From Alphaproteobacteria bacterium (GTDB lineage Bacteria; Pseudomonadota; Alphaproteobacteria; SP197), in contig OZ219920.1 in assembly GCA_964291415.2 (NCBI GenBank), positions 1,408,001 through 1,472,000 on the forward strand: 64,000 nt of DNA. The letters are read 5' to 3'. Positions 20,074 through 30,352 of this stretch are shown piece after piece. The notes under the pieces were generated by a model. That model saw only the letters and a program-made list of their open reading frames with translations. It did no database searches and was not told the origin of the DNA. Both the position numbers and the translations under genes were made by a program. Position 1 is the first letter of the stretch; the number at the start of each line of letters is the position of its first letter.

Positions 20074-21048
20074 ATGTCAAGCGCAGACCACCGCCCCTCG
20101 GTCTTTGTCACCCGCCGACTCCCCGATGCCGTCGAGGATCGCCTCAAGCGCGACTATCGGCCCATGCTCAATGCCGACGATCATCTGCCATCGGCTGATG
20201 AGGTGGTCGAGGGATGCCGCGAGGCCGAAGCCCTCGTTCCCTGCCCCACGGACAAGATCACGTCCGAGGTCATCAGCCGGCTCGCTGACGGCGTCAAGGT
20301 GATCGCGTCGTTCTCCGTTGGCTATGAACATATCGACGTCGACGCGGCGGCCAGGCGCGGAATTGTCGTCACCAATACGCCGGACGTTCTCACTGATGCC
20401 ACCGCCGACATTGCCATGCTGCTGATCCTGGGCGCCGCCAGGCGGGTGCACGAAGGCCAGAGGCTGATCTACGAGAAGACCTGGGGCGCCTGGGCGCCGA
20501 CCGCGATGCGGGGCGTCCATGTCACGGGCGCCAGGCTCGGCATTCTCGGCATGGGCCGCATCGGACAGGCACTGGCCAGACGGGTCGCCGGTTTCGGCAT
20601 GGAGGTGCATTACCACAACCGGTCTCGACTGACAGGCGAACTGGAGGCGGGCGCCCGCTTTCACGACAGTCTCGAGAGTCTGCTGGCCGTCAGCGACATC
20701 CTGTCGATTCACTGTCCGTCAACGCCTGAGACCTTGCGCATCATCAACGAGGACAGCCTCCGGCTGCTGCCCGACGGCGCCATTGTCGTCAATACGGCGC
20801 GCGGCAATGTCGTTGACGATGATGCCCTGATTGCCGCCTTGTCCTGCGGCAAGCTCTTCTCCGCAGGGCTCGACGTGTTCGATGGAGAGCCCGATATCCA
20901 CCCGGGCTATCGCGACCTCGACAATGCCTTCCTCCTGCCGCATCTCGGCAGTGCCACCATGCCCACCCGGGACGCGATGGGATTTCGCGCACTCGACAAT
21001 CTCGATGCCTTCTTTGGCGGTCAGGAGCCACCGGACAGGGTTGCCTGA
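20074..21048 (+). CDS. D-2-hydroxyacid dehydrogenase (glyoxylate/hydroxypyruvate reductase-like)
   Basis: NTPDVLT, GMGRIG, NTARG, GLDVF, PHLGSA. Confidence 0.92.
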   Translation: MSSADHRPSVFVTRRLPDAVEDRLKRDYRPMLNADDHLPSADEVVEGCREAEALVPCPTDKITSEVISRLADGVKVIASFSVGYEHIDVDAAARRGIVVTNTPDVLTDATADIAMLLILGAARRVHEGQRLIYEKTWGAWAPTAMRGVHVTGARLGILGMGRIGQALARRVAGFGMEVHYHNRSRLTGELEAGARFHDSLESLLAVSDILSIHCPSTPETLRIINEDSLRLLPDGAIVVNTARGNVVDDDALIAALSCGKLFSAGLDVFDGEPDIHPGYRDLDNAFLLPHLGSATMPTRDAMGFRALDNLDAFFGGQEPPDRVA

Positions 21049-21066
21049 GACTCCAGCCCGGAAGGG

Positions 21067-21963
21067 TCAAAGTGGCGGGGCATAGGTCTTCATCGTCTCC
21101 ATCACCCTGTCGGAAAGGAGTTGCTGGTCGACGCGTCTCACGACTCTGAGTGGTCCGTCACCCCTGCTGAACACGGTGCGCCCAAACTCGCCGGCGTCGT
21201 TCCAGATCACGTCAACCGAACATGACTCGAGCGAATAGAGTTCAGGCCAGGCCAACAGCCCCGTCACCGTGACATCGTGAAGCGCCACCGGAGATTCCCG
21301 CCACATGGCGGCAACGGCCCTTCCCGGCTCTCCATAGCCTTCCATGGCGTCGAACCAGTCCTGCGGCGGCAGGATCCCGCGGGTGACATCCAGTGGAACG
21401 ACTGTCGCCGGCACCTTGCCCGTGAGCACGATCCGGGCGGCATGGGGATCGGCAAAGATGTTGAACTCGGCGTTCTTCGTGACATTGCCACCTCTCCGGG
21501 CGCCCCCCATGACCACGAGCTGTCCGATCGCCGGCGCCAGATCCGGTCTGAGGGACATCAGCAGGGCAATGTTCGTCAAGGGACCGATCGCCGCGATCGT
21601 GAGCGGTGTCGAAGCTTCCTCGAGAAAACCGGCAAGTGCCTCCACGGCATGGAAGTCCTCGACCGGAAGCTCCGCGTCGGGAAGCCCCGATCCCCCCATT
21701 CCGTCGGCGCCGTGGACATCAACGGCCGCCACGGAGTTTCGCATGAGTGGCCGGGCGCAACCGGGATAGACCGGTATGTCGTGGCGTCCCGCGGCTTCCA
21801 CGACACGTCGCGCATTGTGGCTGGTGTATTCGAGCGGAACGTTTCCGGTGACCGTGGTGATGCCAAGGACATCGATGATGTCCGGCAGTGCCAGGGCGAC
21901 GAAGAGCGCCAGCGAGTCGTCCTTGCCGGGATCGCAATCGAAGATGACGGGAAGCGGTTTCAC
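21067..21963 (-). CDS. Nucleoside hydrolase (IU-NH family)
   Basis: DCDPGKDD, GPLTN, MGG, AEFNIFADP, LHD. Confidence 0.9.
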   Translation of the reverse strand: MKPLPVIFDCDPGKDDSLALFVALALPDIIDVLGITTVTGNVPLEYTSHNARRVVEAAGRHDIPVYPGCARPLMRNSVAAVDVHGADGMGGSGLPDAELPVEDFHAVEALAGFLEEASTPLTIAAIGPLTNIALLMSLRPDLAPAIGQLVVMGGARRGGNVTKNAEFNIFADPHAARIVLTGKVPATVVPLDVTRGILPPQDWFDAMEGYGEPGRAVAAMWRESPVALHDVTVTGLLAWPELYSLESCSVDVIWNDAGEFGRTVFSRGDGPLRVVRRVDQQLLSDRVMETMKTYAPPL

Positions 21964-22026
21964 TCCAGAACCAGAATGCAAGGATTACGGACCCATCTTG
22001 CATCCACCACCGTGACGAGGCAAACC

Positions 22027-23226
22027 ATGACACCCCACAACAGGATCGACGATGCCATGACCGTGCCCGAAAACGTCACCTGGACCTGGCCCACGGAAAT
22101 CCGTTTCGGCCCCGGGCGGATTGCCGAACTCGCCGATGCCTGCCGCGCGCTGGGCATGGCGCGGCCCCTTCTCGTGACGGATCCGGGACTCGCGGGCCTC
22201 GACATGGTCACCCAGGCCCTCGGCGACATGCGCGAAGCCGGACTCCAGGCGGATCTCTTCTGCGACATCAGTCCCAATCCGTCCGGCTCCGATATCACGA
22301 GAGGAGTCGGACACCTCACGTCCGGAGACCATGACGGCGTCGTCGCCCTTGGCGGCGGCAGCGCCATGGATGCCGGCAAGACCATCGCCTTCATGGCCGG
22401 ACAGACGCTTGACATGTTCGTGTTCGAAGACAAGGGCGACAACTGGAAACGTGCCAACCACGACACCATCCTGCCGGTTATCGCCGTTCCCACCACTGCC
22501 GGGACGGGGTCCGAGGTGGGACGTGCGGCTGTCGTCATCGACGAGGCCGAGCGCACCAAGAAGATCCTGTTTCACCCCCGGATGCTGCCGGGCATCGTCA
22601 TCGAGGACCCCCGGCTCAGCGTCGGGCTTCCGCGCTCCATCACGGCGTGGACCGGTATGGATGCTCTCGCCCACTGCCTCGAGGCCTTCAGTGCGCCCGG
22701 CTATCACCCCATGGCTGACGGTGTTGCCCTTGAGGGCATGCGTCTGGTGAAGGAGTGGCTGCCGGTCGCGGTCAGCGACGGCGCCAACCTCGAGGCGCGC
22801 GGAAACATGCTGGTGGCCGCCACCATGGGAGCCACCGCCTTCCAGAAGGGACTGGGCGCCATCCATTCCCTGTCACACCCTGTCGGCGTGCTCTTCGACA
22901 CCCACCACGGTCGGACCAATGCCATCGTCATGCCCTATGTCATCACCTTCAACAGGAATGTCGTGGACGCACGATACCGGGATCTATCGCGCTGGCTCGG
23001 CCTTGGGAGCGGCGGTGTCGATGCCGTGATGGACTGGGTCCTCGACCTGCGCCGCACCATCGGCATTGAGCACACTCTGGGCGAGATCGGGGTCGACGAT
23101 CACGATGTCGACGAGATCGTCCGCCAGGGGCTCGCAGATCCTACGGCCGCCACCAATCCCCGGCCGCTCACCGATGACACATTCCGCCAACTCTTTCTCG
23201 ACGCACTCGAGGGTCGCCTCGGTTGA
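22027..23226 (+). CDS. Iron-containing alcohol dehydrogenase
   Basis: GGGSAMD, PTTAGTGSE, DALAHCLE, HSLSH, HHG. Start at 22027 or slightly downstream. Confidence 0.92.
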   Translation: MTPHNRIDDAMTVPENVTWTWPTEIRFGPGRIAELADACRALGMARPLLVTDPGLAGLDMVTQALGDMREAGLQADLFCDISPNPSGSDITRGVGHLTSGDHDGVVALGGGSAMDAGKTIAFMAGQTLDMFVFEDKGDNWKRANHDTILPVIAVPTTAGTGSEVGRAAVVIDEAERTKKILFHPRMLPGIVIEDPRLSVGLPRSITAWTGMDALAHCLEAFSAPGYHPMADGVALEGMRLVKEWLPVAVSDGANLEARGNMLVAATMGATAFQKGLGAIHSLSHPVGVLFDTHHGRTNAIVMPYVITFNRNVVDARYRDLSRWLGLGSGGVDAVMDWVLDLRRTIGIEHTLGEIGVDDHDVDEIVRQGLADPTAATNPRPLTDDTFRQLFLDALEGRLG

Positions 23227-23233
23227 TGGTGCA

Positions 23234-24763
23234 TCAGGTACGGCTGTTCATGGCCGTATAGGGCCGACGCGGGGGATGGTCCCAGGATCCGAACCAGGCC
23301 TCGACATGCGGCAAGGCCTCCAGGGCAAGATCGCGGGAGGATGCGGGAAATGGTGTTGCCGCCATGACCTCATGGAGTTCGCGAATCGCGTCATCGAGAT
23401 TGAAGCGGGTCGGCAGGCGGTCCTTGAGAACCCATTCCCCGGCAACCATCACGTCCCGCACGTCCGCACCCCGCACTCTCATGAGCGCCAGGTCCCGTGG
23501 CGAGGCTTCAGGCGCCACCCAGGGCGTCGTGGCCGCCGTCATGTCGATCAGGAGAAGATCGGCGGCAAAGCCCGGTGCAAGGCGTCCGAGCTGATCGTCC
23601 TTGCGCATCAATGTCGCTCCACCCCGCGTGGCGCAGGCAAGGATGTCACCTGGCGACGGTGCGGCCTCGTGGTATGTCGGCGCACGGGCAAGACGCAGGG
23701 CGAGGCGCATTTCGGCGAACATGTCCTCGTCATCGTTGATGGTGGTCGAATCCATGCCCAGCGCGGTGACCACACCGGCATCGAGGAAGGCGGTGAGCGG
23801 GGCGATTCCGGCGCGCAGCCTGAGATTGCTCGAAGGGTTGTGCGAGACCGCCGTTCCGGTCTCGGCCATGATGGCGATCTCCTCTTCCGTCATCCACACC
23901 CCGTGGGCCATCGACAAGCGTGGTCCAGTCAGCCCGAGCCTGTGCAGGTGGACAAGCATTGGCGCTCCATGAAACTTCGGCCCCTGGAGTTTTTCATAAT
24001 ATGATTCGGAGACATGCGTTTGAATGTTGACATCGAGTCTCGATGCCGCGTCACCAATGAGCTCCAGGAACGGGTCGCTCACCCACGGCGGTCCGGGCGG
24101 GCCGAACCAGACGTCGATGCGCTCGTGGGCATCCCAGGCGACGATCAGGTCTTCCATCAAGCGTATGTAGTCGGCCGCCGTCATCTGGTCGGCTCCCGGC
24201 ATGTAGTGCGAACGCAGCCGCTCGCCGAGGTCTCGAGGCAGGTTTGCGAGAAAGCGCTCGTCACAATCACCAGGCCCGACACCCAGGAAGTTCTGATCAC
24301 CGATTCCCGGACCAAAGGCACAGCGCATGCCCACCGTGTCGTAGGCCCGGAGTGCTTCGTCGCACGTCAAGGCGACCTCTTCGGCAGACCCCGACAGCGA
24401 GGCGAGATCAACGACTGTCGTGACACCACCGTGCAGTTGGCGCGTTGCCGAGAGAAGGATATCGAGACGCGTCGGCGACCGGCGCATGACCGCCAACGCC
24501 TTGAGCCAGCTCTCGAGCAGCATGTCGGGCGCGCCGTGCTGCACATGGCTGGCGGCGGACGAATGGTGATGGGCGTTGATGAGACCGGGCATGATGGCAC
24601 ACTCCCGATCGCCTGAGGCAGCCGCGTCGCCATGCTCCCGGCACAGTCTGTCGGCTGGCCCGACATCGACGATGCGACCGTCTTCGACAACGACGGCGCC
24701 GTTCTCTGTCACGTCGCCTTGAGCGTCCGGGATGATCCAGCGCCCCAGAACCACCTCCTTCAT
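23234..24763 (-). CDS. Metal-dependent amidohydrolase (TRZ/ATZ deaminase-like)
   Basis: PGLINAHHH, THVSE, AHGV, HNPSSNLRL, LGMD. Confidence 0.88.
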   Translation of the reverse strand: MKEVVLGRWIIPDAQGDVTENGAVVVEDGRIVDVGPADRLCREHGDAAASGDRECAIMPGLINAHHHSSAASHVQHGAPDMLLESWLKALAVMRRSPTRLDILLSATRQLHGGVTTVVDLASLSGSAEEVALTCDEALRAYDTVGMRCAFGPGIGDQNFLGVGPGDCDERFLANLPRDLGERLRSHYMPGADQMTAADYIRLMEDLIVAWDAHERIDVWFGPPGPPWVSDPFLELIGDAASRLDVNIQTHVSESYYEKLQGPKFHGAPMLVHLHRLGLTGPRLSMAHGVWMTEEEIAIMAETGTAVSHNPSSNLRLRAGIAPLTAFLDAGVVTALGMDSTTINDDEDMFAEMRLALRLARAPTYHEAAPSPGDILACATRGGATLMRKDDQLGRLAPGFAADLLLIDMTAATTPWVAPEASPRDLALMRVRGADVRDVMVAGEWVLKDRLPTRFNLDDAIRELHEVMAATPFPASSRDLALEALPHVEAWFGSWDHPPRRPYTAMNSRT

Positions 24764-24866
24764 CGTCGCTCCCTCCCCAAGTCCTGGACCGGTGATGCAA
24801 CAGCGCACTTCCGTCATGACCTGTGGAGGGTGCATGATGAATCGTCAACAAGGAACTCTGTGCGTA

Positions 24867-26117
24867 ATGGCTGACCACTGCGACGTCATCATCATCGGCG
24901 CCGGCTCGGCGGGGCTGTCGGCTGCGCGTGTAGCCATGGAGCAGGGCCTGACGTTCACGCTGCTGGAGGCCTCCCACCGGATTGGCGGACGAGCCCTGAC
25001 CGAAGAGATTGCACCCGGGCAACCCTTCGATCTCGGATGCCACTGGATGCACTCGGCGAGTCTCAATCCCTTTGTCGCCATTGCTGAGGGCCACGGTTTC
25101 GCCTATCGCCAGGAGAGCGGATGGGACCGCGACATCCACCACCGGGGATCGCGCCTCGACGATGATGCCCTGGCGGAGTTCGATGCCTATTTCGTGGCGA
25201 AAGACAAGGCCTTTTCTGAAGTTCTTGAAGGTGATGACAAGGCCGTCAGCGATGTCGTTGACCTCGACAGCCCCTGGGCTGTCTACGACGCCTACTGGTT
25301 CTCGCTGGGAACTTCCTGCGACATGGACCAGACCGGCGTGCACGACGTCTGTGCCTACCGCGATACCGACGAGGACTGGCCGGTCATCGATGGCTACGGC
25401 GCCCTGGTGGCCACCTGGGCTGCTTCGATACCAGTGACCCTCAATGCCGAAGCGACCAAGATCACCTTGACCGGTGATGGTGTCGCCGTCGCCACGCCAA
25501 AGGGAACGGTGCGGGGACGCACCGTCCTGATAACGGTGTCCACCAACGTCCTGGCTTCGGGGCGCATCAGCTTCGATCCTGGACTTCCTGCCTGGAAGGA
25601 AACGGCGGCGCGGGAGTTGCCGCTCGGGGTTCACAACCGAATCGCCATGCTGCTGAAGGACCCCCCTCGAGACTGCCGCGATGAAGACATGACCGTGCTG
25701 CTCCCGAACAGCGACGTGCCAATGGGTGTGCAACTTGGGCCCTACGGCACCTCCTGGGCCGTTGGCGTCACCGGAGGTCGATTCGGCTCCTGGCTTGAAC
25801 GCTCAGGCCAGGAGGCGTCTGTCGAATGCCTTGCCGAACACCTGAAGGCGGCATGGGGATCTTCCATCGCCAGGCACTTCACCGACCGCGTGATCGTCAC
25901 CGCATGGCAGGGCGATCCATGGACACTGGGATCCTATTCTGCCGCCACCCCGGGCAATGCCCACCAGCGTTTCGAGCTCGCCAGGCCGATCGACGACCGA
26001 ATCTTCTTTGCCGGCGAGGCCACCATTCCGGAGTTTCACGCCACGTGCCATGGCGCCTGGCTCTCCGGACGGCGGGCGATGCATGAAATCAGGTCAGCAT
26101 TGAGGCCTCGCGGCTGA
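24867..26117 (+). CDS. Flavin monoamine oxidase family protein
   Basis: GAGSAG, RIGGR, DLGCHWMH, GSYS, FFAGEA, HGAWLSG. Confidence 0.9.
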   Translation: MADHCDVIIIGAGSAGLSAARVAMEQGLTFTLLEASHRIGGRALTEEIAPGQPFDLGCHWMHSASLNPFVAIAEGHGFAYRQESGWDRDIHHRGSRLDDDALAEFDAYFVAKDKAFSEVLEGDDKAVSDVVDLDSPWAVYDAYWFSLGTSCDMDQTGVHDVCAYRDTDEDWPVIDGYGALVATWAASIPVTLNAEATKITLTGDGVAVATPKGTVRGRTVLITVSTNVLASGRISFDPGLPAWKETAARELPLGVHNRIAMLLKDPPRDCRDEDMTVLLPNSDVPMGVQLGPYGTSWAVGVTGGRFGSWLERSGQEASVECLAEHLKAAWGSSIARHFTDRVIVTAWQGDPWTLGSYSAATPGNAHQRFELARPIDDRIFFAGEATIPEFHATCHGAWLSGRRAMHEIRSALRPRG

Positions 26118-26346
26118 TCATCCCGAACATCGCTTTCATTGTCCGGGATCCGGAAAGCCGTGGTCACGGCATTGCCCTGCTCCGATGATTCGACGTGACC
26201 GGCCCCCGGCGTATCAATCACGTCACCAAGTGTTTTCCTCCAGAACAACTGCAAGAACCGCGAACGCGGGGCAGATCACCCGTCGCCATGGAAGCAGGAC
26301 TATCCCGGGTATGTTGGCATGCCCCGACAACGGCGTTTCAGGAATC

Positions 26347-27105
26347 TCATGCGGTCTCGCCGCCGTCGATCGCGACGATCGAACCGGTCGCAAAGGTCGC
26401 GGCATCGCTGGCGAGGAACAGCACCGGTCCCGCAAGCTCGTCAGTCCTGGCAATGCGCCGTTGCGCACAATCCCTGGCAATGACCTTGTAGCCGTCCTCG
26501 ACATTACCGGCGATGCGCACGGCAAGGTTCTGCAGCATGTCGGTATCGACCCCTCCGGGGCAGACTGCGTTCACCCGGACATCCGGGGCAAGTTCCTTCG
26601 CCAGGCACTTCGTCATGTTGATGACACCGGCCTTCGAGGGGCCGTAGGCAGTGCTTCGCACGACGCCCGTCATGCCGTTGACCGATGCGATGTTGACAAT
26701 GTTGCCTTTGGTGGGGCGCAGGTGCGGAACCGCTGCCTGGATGGTGAAGAACGTGCCCTTGAGGTTGGTGTCGATGATGCGGTCCCACAGCTCTTCCGTG
26801 AAATCGTCGATCGCCGCGCCGCCGCCCCTCCCGGCGTTGTTGACGAGCACGTCGAGGCCACCGAGTCCTTCGACGGCGGCCTCCACGACAGTCCTGCAAC
26901 CCTCTACGGTGGCCACGGATCCCGGCGCGCCGACAACTCGGTCTCCGGAATCGAGTTCGCTGACGGCATCACTGGTGGTGCCCTCGGAACTGCCGTTGAG
27001 TGCCACCCGGGCGCCCGCCTCGACGAAGGCCTCGACGATGGCGCGGCCTATTCCCCTGGTCCCGCCGGTGACGAGCACCCGCCTGCCTTCATGATCGATC
27101 TTCAT
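26347..27105 (-). CDS. SDR family oxidoreductase
   Basis: TGGTRGIG, NNAG, YGPSK, IDGG. Confidence 0.92.
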   Translation of the reverse strand: MKIDHEGRRVLVTGGTRGIGRAIVEAFVEAGARVALNGSSEGTTSDAVSELDSGDRVVGAPGSVATVEGCRTVVEAAVEGLGGLDVLVNNAGRGGGAAIDDFTEELWDRIIDTNLKGTFFTIQAAVPHLRPTKGNIVNIASVNGMTGVVRSTAYGPSKAGVINMTKCLAKELAPDVRVNAVCPGGVDTDMLQNLAVRIAGNVEDGYKVIARDCAQRRIARTDELAGPVLFLASDAATFATGSIVAIDGGETA

Positions 27106-27184
27106 GGTCCTGATCCTCTTCCGTCACACGTACTCTATTGCGCCCTGCAACCGGAACAACCGCTCGTTCACGGCGAGGGCCCGG

Positions 27185-30100
27185 TCAGGCTTCCCCCAGG
27201 GACATGAGCGTGGCGTTGCCCCCGCCGGCAGTGGTGTTGATCGACACGACCCGCTCGGTTGCGAACCGGTGAAGATAGCGGGGCCCGCCGGCCTTGGGAC
27301 CGGTGCCCGAAAGACCCTCGCCGCCAAAGGGCTGGCTTCCCACCACGGCGCCGATCATGTTGCGATTCACATAGATGTTGCCGACGGGCATGCGCCTCGA
27401 AATCCACTGCGCGCGCGAATCGATGCGGGTGTGAATGCCGAGAGTCAGACCGAAACCAGTGGCAACGATGGCGTCGAGCACCTCATGGAGCCTGTCCCCG
27501 GCAAAGCGCACCACATGGATGACCGGACCGAACACTTCGTGCTCGAGGACGCCAATGTCAGGAATCTCCACAAGGGCCGGGGCCAGGAACGTGCCGTGAC
27601 GTGCGAGGTCCGGATCAAGGGGCGAGCGGAAGAGAATCCGGCCGGCGGGTTCAATGCCGGCAAGATGGGACTCGAGCCCTGCAAGCGCCTCATGGTCGAT
27701 CACGGGACCGACGTCGGTGTCGATGAGAGCGGGATCGCCGACCTTCAGTTCCGCCATGGCGCCCGACAGCATCGTGATCACCCGATCGGCAATGTCTTCC
27801 TGCAGACAGAGCACGCGCAGGGCCGAACAGCGCTGGCCGGCACTGGTGATGCCCGAGCGAATGACATCGAGGGTCACCTGTTCGGGCAGCGCCGTCGAAT
27901 CGACGATCATGGCATTCTGTCCGCCGGTCTCGGCAATCAGCGGCACGATGGCGCCGCTCCGTCCGGCAAGGGACAGGTTGATGCGCCGGGCGGTTGCGGT
28001 CGACCCGGTGAAGGCAACGCCGTCGACGCGGGGGTCACGGACCAGGGCGGCCCCGGTGGCGCCGTCACCGGGAAGCAACGACAGTACGTCTTCGGGGATA
28101 CCGGCTGCACGAAACAGGCTGACGGCGTGGGATGCCATGAGAGGCGTCTGTTCCGCCGGCTTGGCGATCACCGCGTTGCCGGCGGCAAGGGCCGCCGCCA
28201 CCTGACCACAGAAGATGGCGAGCGGAAAGTTCCAGGGAGAGATGCAGACAAAGACGCCGCGTCCGTGAAGGCTGATGCGATTGGATTCTCCGGTGGGTCC
28301 CGGAAGTTCGCTGTCGTCAGCGAACTCCGTGCGGGCGCGAACGGCGTAGTACCTGAGGAAATCGACCGCTTCCCTCACCTCCGCCAGTGCATCGCCGATC
28401 GTCTTTCCGCCCTCCAGAACGGCCGTCGCCATCAGCCGGGCACAGTCCCGTTCGAGGAGGTCGGCCGTCATCTCGAGACACGAGGCACGGCTGTCGGCGG
28501 GCGTGACGCTCCAGTCCCAGGCTGCGCCGCGGGCGGCAGAGAGTGCCGAATTGAGATCGCTTTCAGTGGCTTCCCTGATGGTGCCGACAATCCGGCGCCT
28601 GTCTGCCGGACTGGTGATCGTGCGCTCCGTGCCGCTGCACGGCCTGTCGACCGCCCAAGGCGCGTTGCCAGCCGCCCGGTTCATGTCACGGGCGAGCCGG
28701 TGAAGAACCGCCACCCTGGTGAGATCGAGCCCCCTCGCGTTCCTCCTCTCCCCGCCATAGAGGCGCGGCGGTCGCGGGATCGCCGGGTGCACCACCGTAT
28801 CGGACTGGCGCAACACCGTCGCCGGGTCCTTCACCAGTTCCTCGATGGGCAGACTGTCATCGACGATGCGGTTCACAAACGAGGTGTTGGCGCCGTTCTC
28901 AAGCAGCCGGCGGACAAGATAGGGCAGGAGATCGTCGTGACTGCCTACGGGCGAGTAGATTCGGCAGGCCACACCATCCCCCTTGGAGCCGACGAGGGGC
29001 TGGTAGACTGCCTGGCCCATGCCGTGAAGGCGCTGAAACTCGATGTCGCGCCGCCCCTCGGCCAGAACGAGAATGGTGGCGATGGTCTGGGCGTTGTGCG
29101 TGGCGAATTGCGGGAAGAAGAGATCCGGCCGGGCCAGCAGTTTCCTGGCGCAGGCGATGTAGGAAAGGTCCGTCGACGCCTTGCGCGTGAAGACGGGAAA
29201 GCTCTCGAGACCGAGTTCCTGGGCCCGCTTGATCTCGCTGTCCCAGTAGGCCCCCTTGACCAGGCGCACGGGAATCCTGCGGGAGGTGCCGGCGGCGAGC
29301 CAGGCCAGCCAGTCGATCACCGCCATGGCCCGTTTCTGGTAGGCCTGCACCGCCAGACCCAGACCGTCCCAGCCGTTGAGGGCCCGGGAAGCCACCGCCA
29401 GGACATCCAGCGAGAGCTCGAGTCGGTCGGCTTCCTCGGCATCAACCGTGAGGGCTATGCCGCGATCACAGGCGAGATGGCCCAGTTCGATCAGGCGTGG
29501 GGCAAGCTCACTCAGCACACGGGACCGCTGGGCCATCTCGTAGCGGGGATGGAGCGCCGACAGCTTGACCGAGACGCTGGCACGGCGGGTCTGGTCCTGA
29601 CTCCCTTCGGCTTCCCCGACCCGTTCGATGGCATGGCGATAGTGCGCCAGGTGGCGATCGGCATCCGCCATCGTGCAGGCCGCCTCGCCCAGCATGTCGA
29701 AGGAATGCGTGTAGCCGTGCGCCACGTCGTCTCTCGCGTTGACCAGGGCCTCATCGATGTCGCGCCCCATGACGAACTGCCGGCCGACGATGCGCATGGC
29801 GTGCAGAAAGGCCTCCCGGATGACGGGTTCGCCAAGGCGACTGACAACACGCGACACCACGCCTCGCGCGTTCCCCGTCCACTCGGGATCCAGGCTGACG
29901 AGGCGTCCGGTGAGCATCAGCCCCCACGTCGAGGCGTTGACGAACAGCGACTCGCTGTCGCCCAGGTGCCGCTGCCAGTCGGCATCGCCGATCTTGTCCT
30001 GGATGAGCATCAGCGCCGTGGAGGCGTCGGGAATCCGCAACAGGGCCTCGGCGAGGCACATGATGGCGACGCCCTCGTGACTGGAAAGATCGTACTCGTG

Positions 30101-30352
30101 CATGAAGGCGTCGATGCCGCCGGCATGGCGCCTGTTGGCCCGCACGTGCGTCACGAGATCGATGGCGCGTTTCCTGACAGCGCGTCGGTCGTCAGCCTCG
30201 AGACGGGCCTCGGCCATGAGCTCTGCGACCCGCCGGGTCTCGTCCGACGTGGCGTCGAGGCGGACGGGAGCGGTCTCCGTCTCCTCCTCATCGAACACGA
30301 ATGTGATCGCCGCTTTCCCGTCAGACAATCGTCCCGGAGCGGCGGCGCTCAC
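27185..30352 (-). CDS. putA: Bifunctional proline dehydrogenase / L-glutamate gamma-semialdehyde dehydrogenase
   Basis: SFDMLGE, SVKLSALHPRYE, RLVKGAYWDSEIK, FATHNA, RRLLENGAN, ISPWNFP, ETGG, GQRCSA. Confidence 0.97.
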   Translation of the reverse strand: MSAAAPGRLSDGKAAITFVFDEEETETAPVRLDATSDETRRVAELMAEARLEADDRRAVRKRAIDLVTHVRANRRHAGGIDAFMHEYDLSSHEGVAIMCLAEALLRIPDASTALMLIQDKIGDADWQRHLGDSESLFVNASTWGLMLTGRLVSLDPEWTGNARGVVSRVVSRLGEPVIREAFLHAMRIVGRQFVMGRDIDEALVNARDDVAHGYTHSFDMLGEAACTMADADRHLAHYRHAIERVGEAEGSQDQTRRASVSVKLSALHPRYEMAQRSRVLSELAPRLIELGHLACDRGIALTVDAEEADRLELSLDVLAVASRALNGWDGLGLAVQAYQKRAMAVIDWLAWLAAGTSRRIPVRLVKGAYWDSEIKRAQELGLESFPVFTRKASTDLSYIACARKLLARPDLFFPQFATHNAQTIATILVLAEGRRDIEFQRLHGMGQAVYQPLVGSKGDGVACRIYSPVGSHDDLLPYLVRRLLENGANTSFVNRIVDDSLPIEELVKDPATVLRQSDTVVHPAIPRPPRLYGGERRNARGLDLTRVAVLHRLARDMNRAAGNAPWAVDRPCSGTERTITSPADRRRIVGTIREATESDLNSALSAARGAAWDWSVTPADSRASCLEMTADLLERDCARLMATAVLEGGKTIGDALAEVREAVDFLRYYAVRARTEFADDSELPGPTGESNRISLHGRGVFVCISPWNFPLAIFCGQVAAALAAGNAVIAKPAEQTPLMASHAVSLFRAAGIPEDVLSLLPGDGATGAALVRDPRVDGVAFTGSTATARRINLSLAGRSGAIVPLIAETGGQNAMIVDSTALPEQVTLDVIRSGITSAGQRCSALRVLCLQEDIADRVITMLSGAMAELKVGDPALIDTDVGPVIDHEALAGLESHLAGIEPAGRILFRSPLDPDLARHGTFLAPALVEIPDIGVLEHEVFGPVIHVVRFAGDRLHEVLDAIVATGFGLTLGIHTRIDSRAQWISRRMPVGNIYVNRNMIGAVVGSQPFGGEGLSGTGPKAGGPRYLHRFATERVVSINTTAGGGNATLMSLGEA

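Noticed and set aside
21277-22026. Long N-terminal extensions of several ORF-track calls (Fe-ADH here; also rarA, adk, rplR, rpmC, ggt, CMD)
   Set aside because: They overlap other real genes or lack homologous motifs. Downstream starts with Shine-Dalgarno sequences fit better.
26118-26152. tcatcccg...cgggatc weak REP-like hairpin between convergent genes
   Set aside because: Single imperfect copy in the window, so no repeat family can be established.
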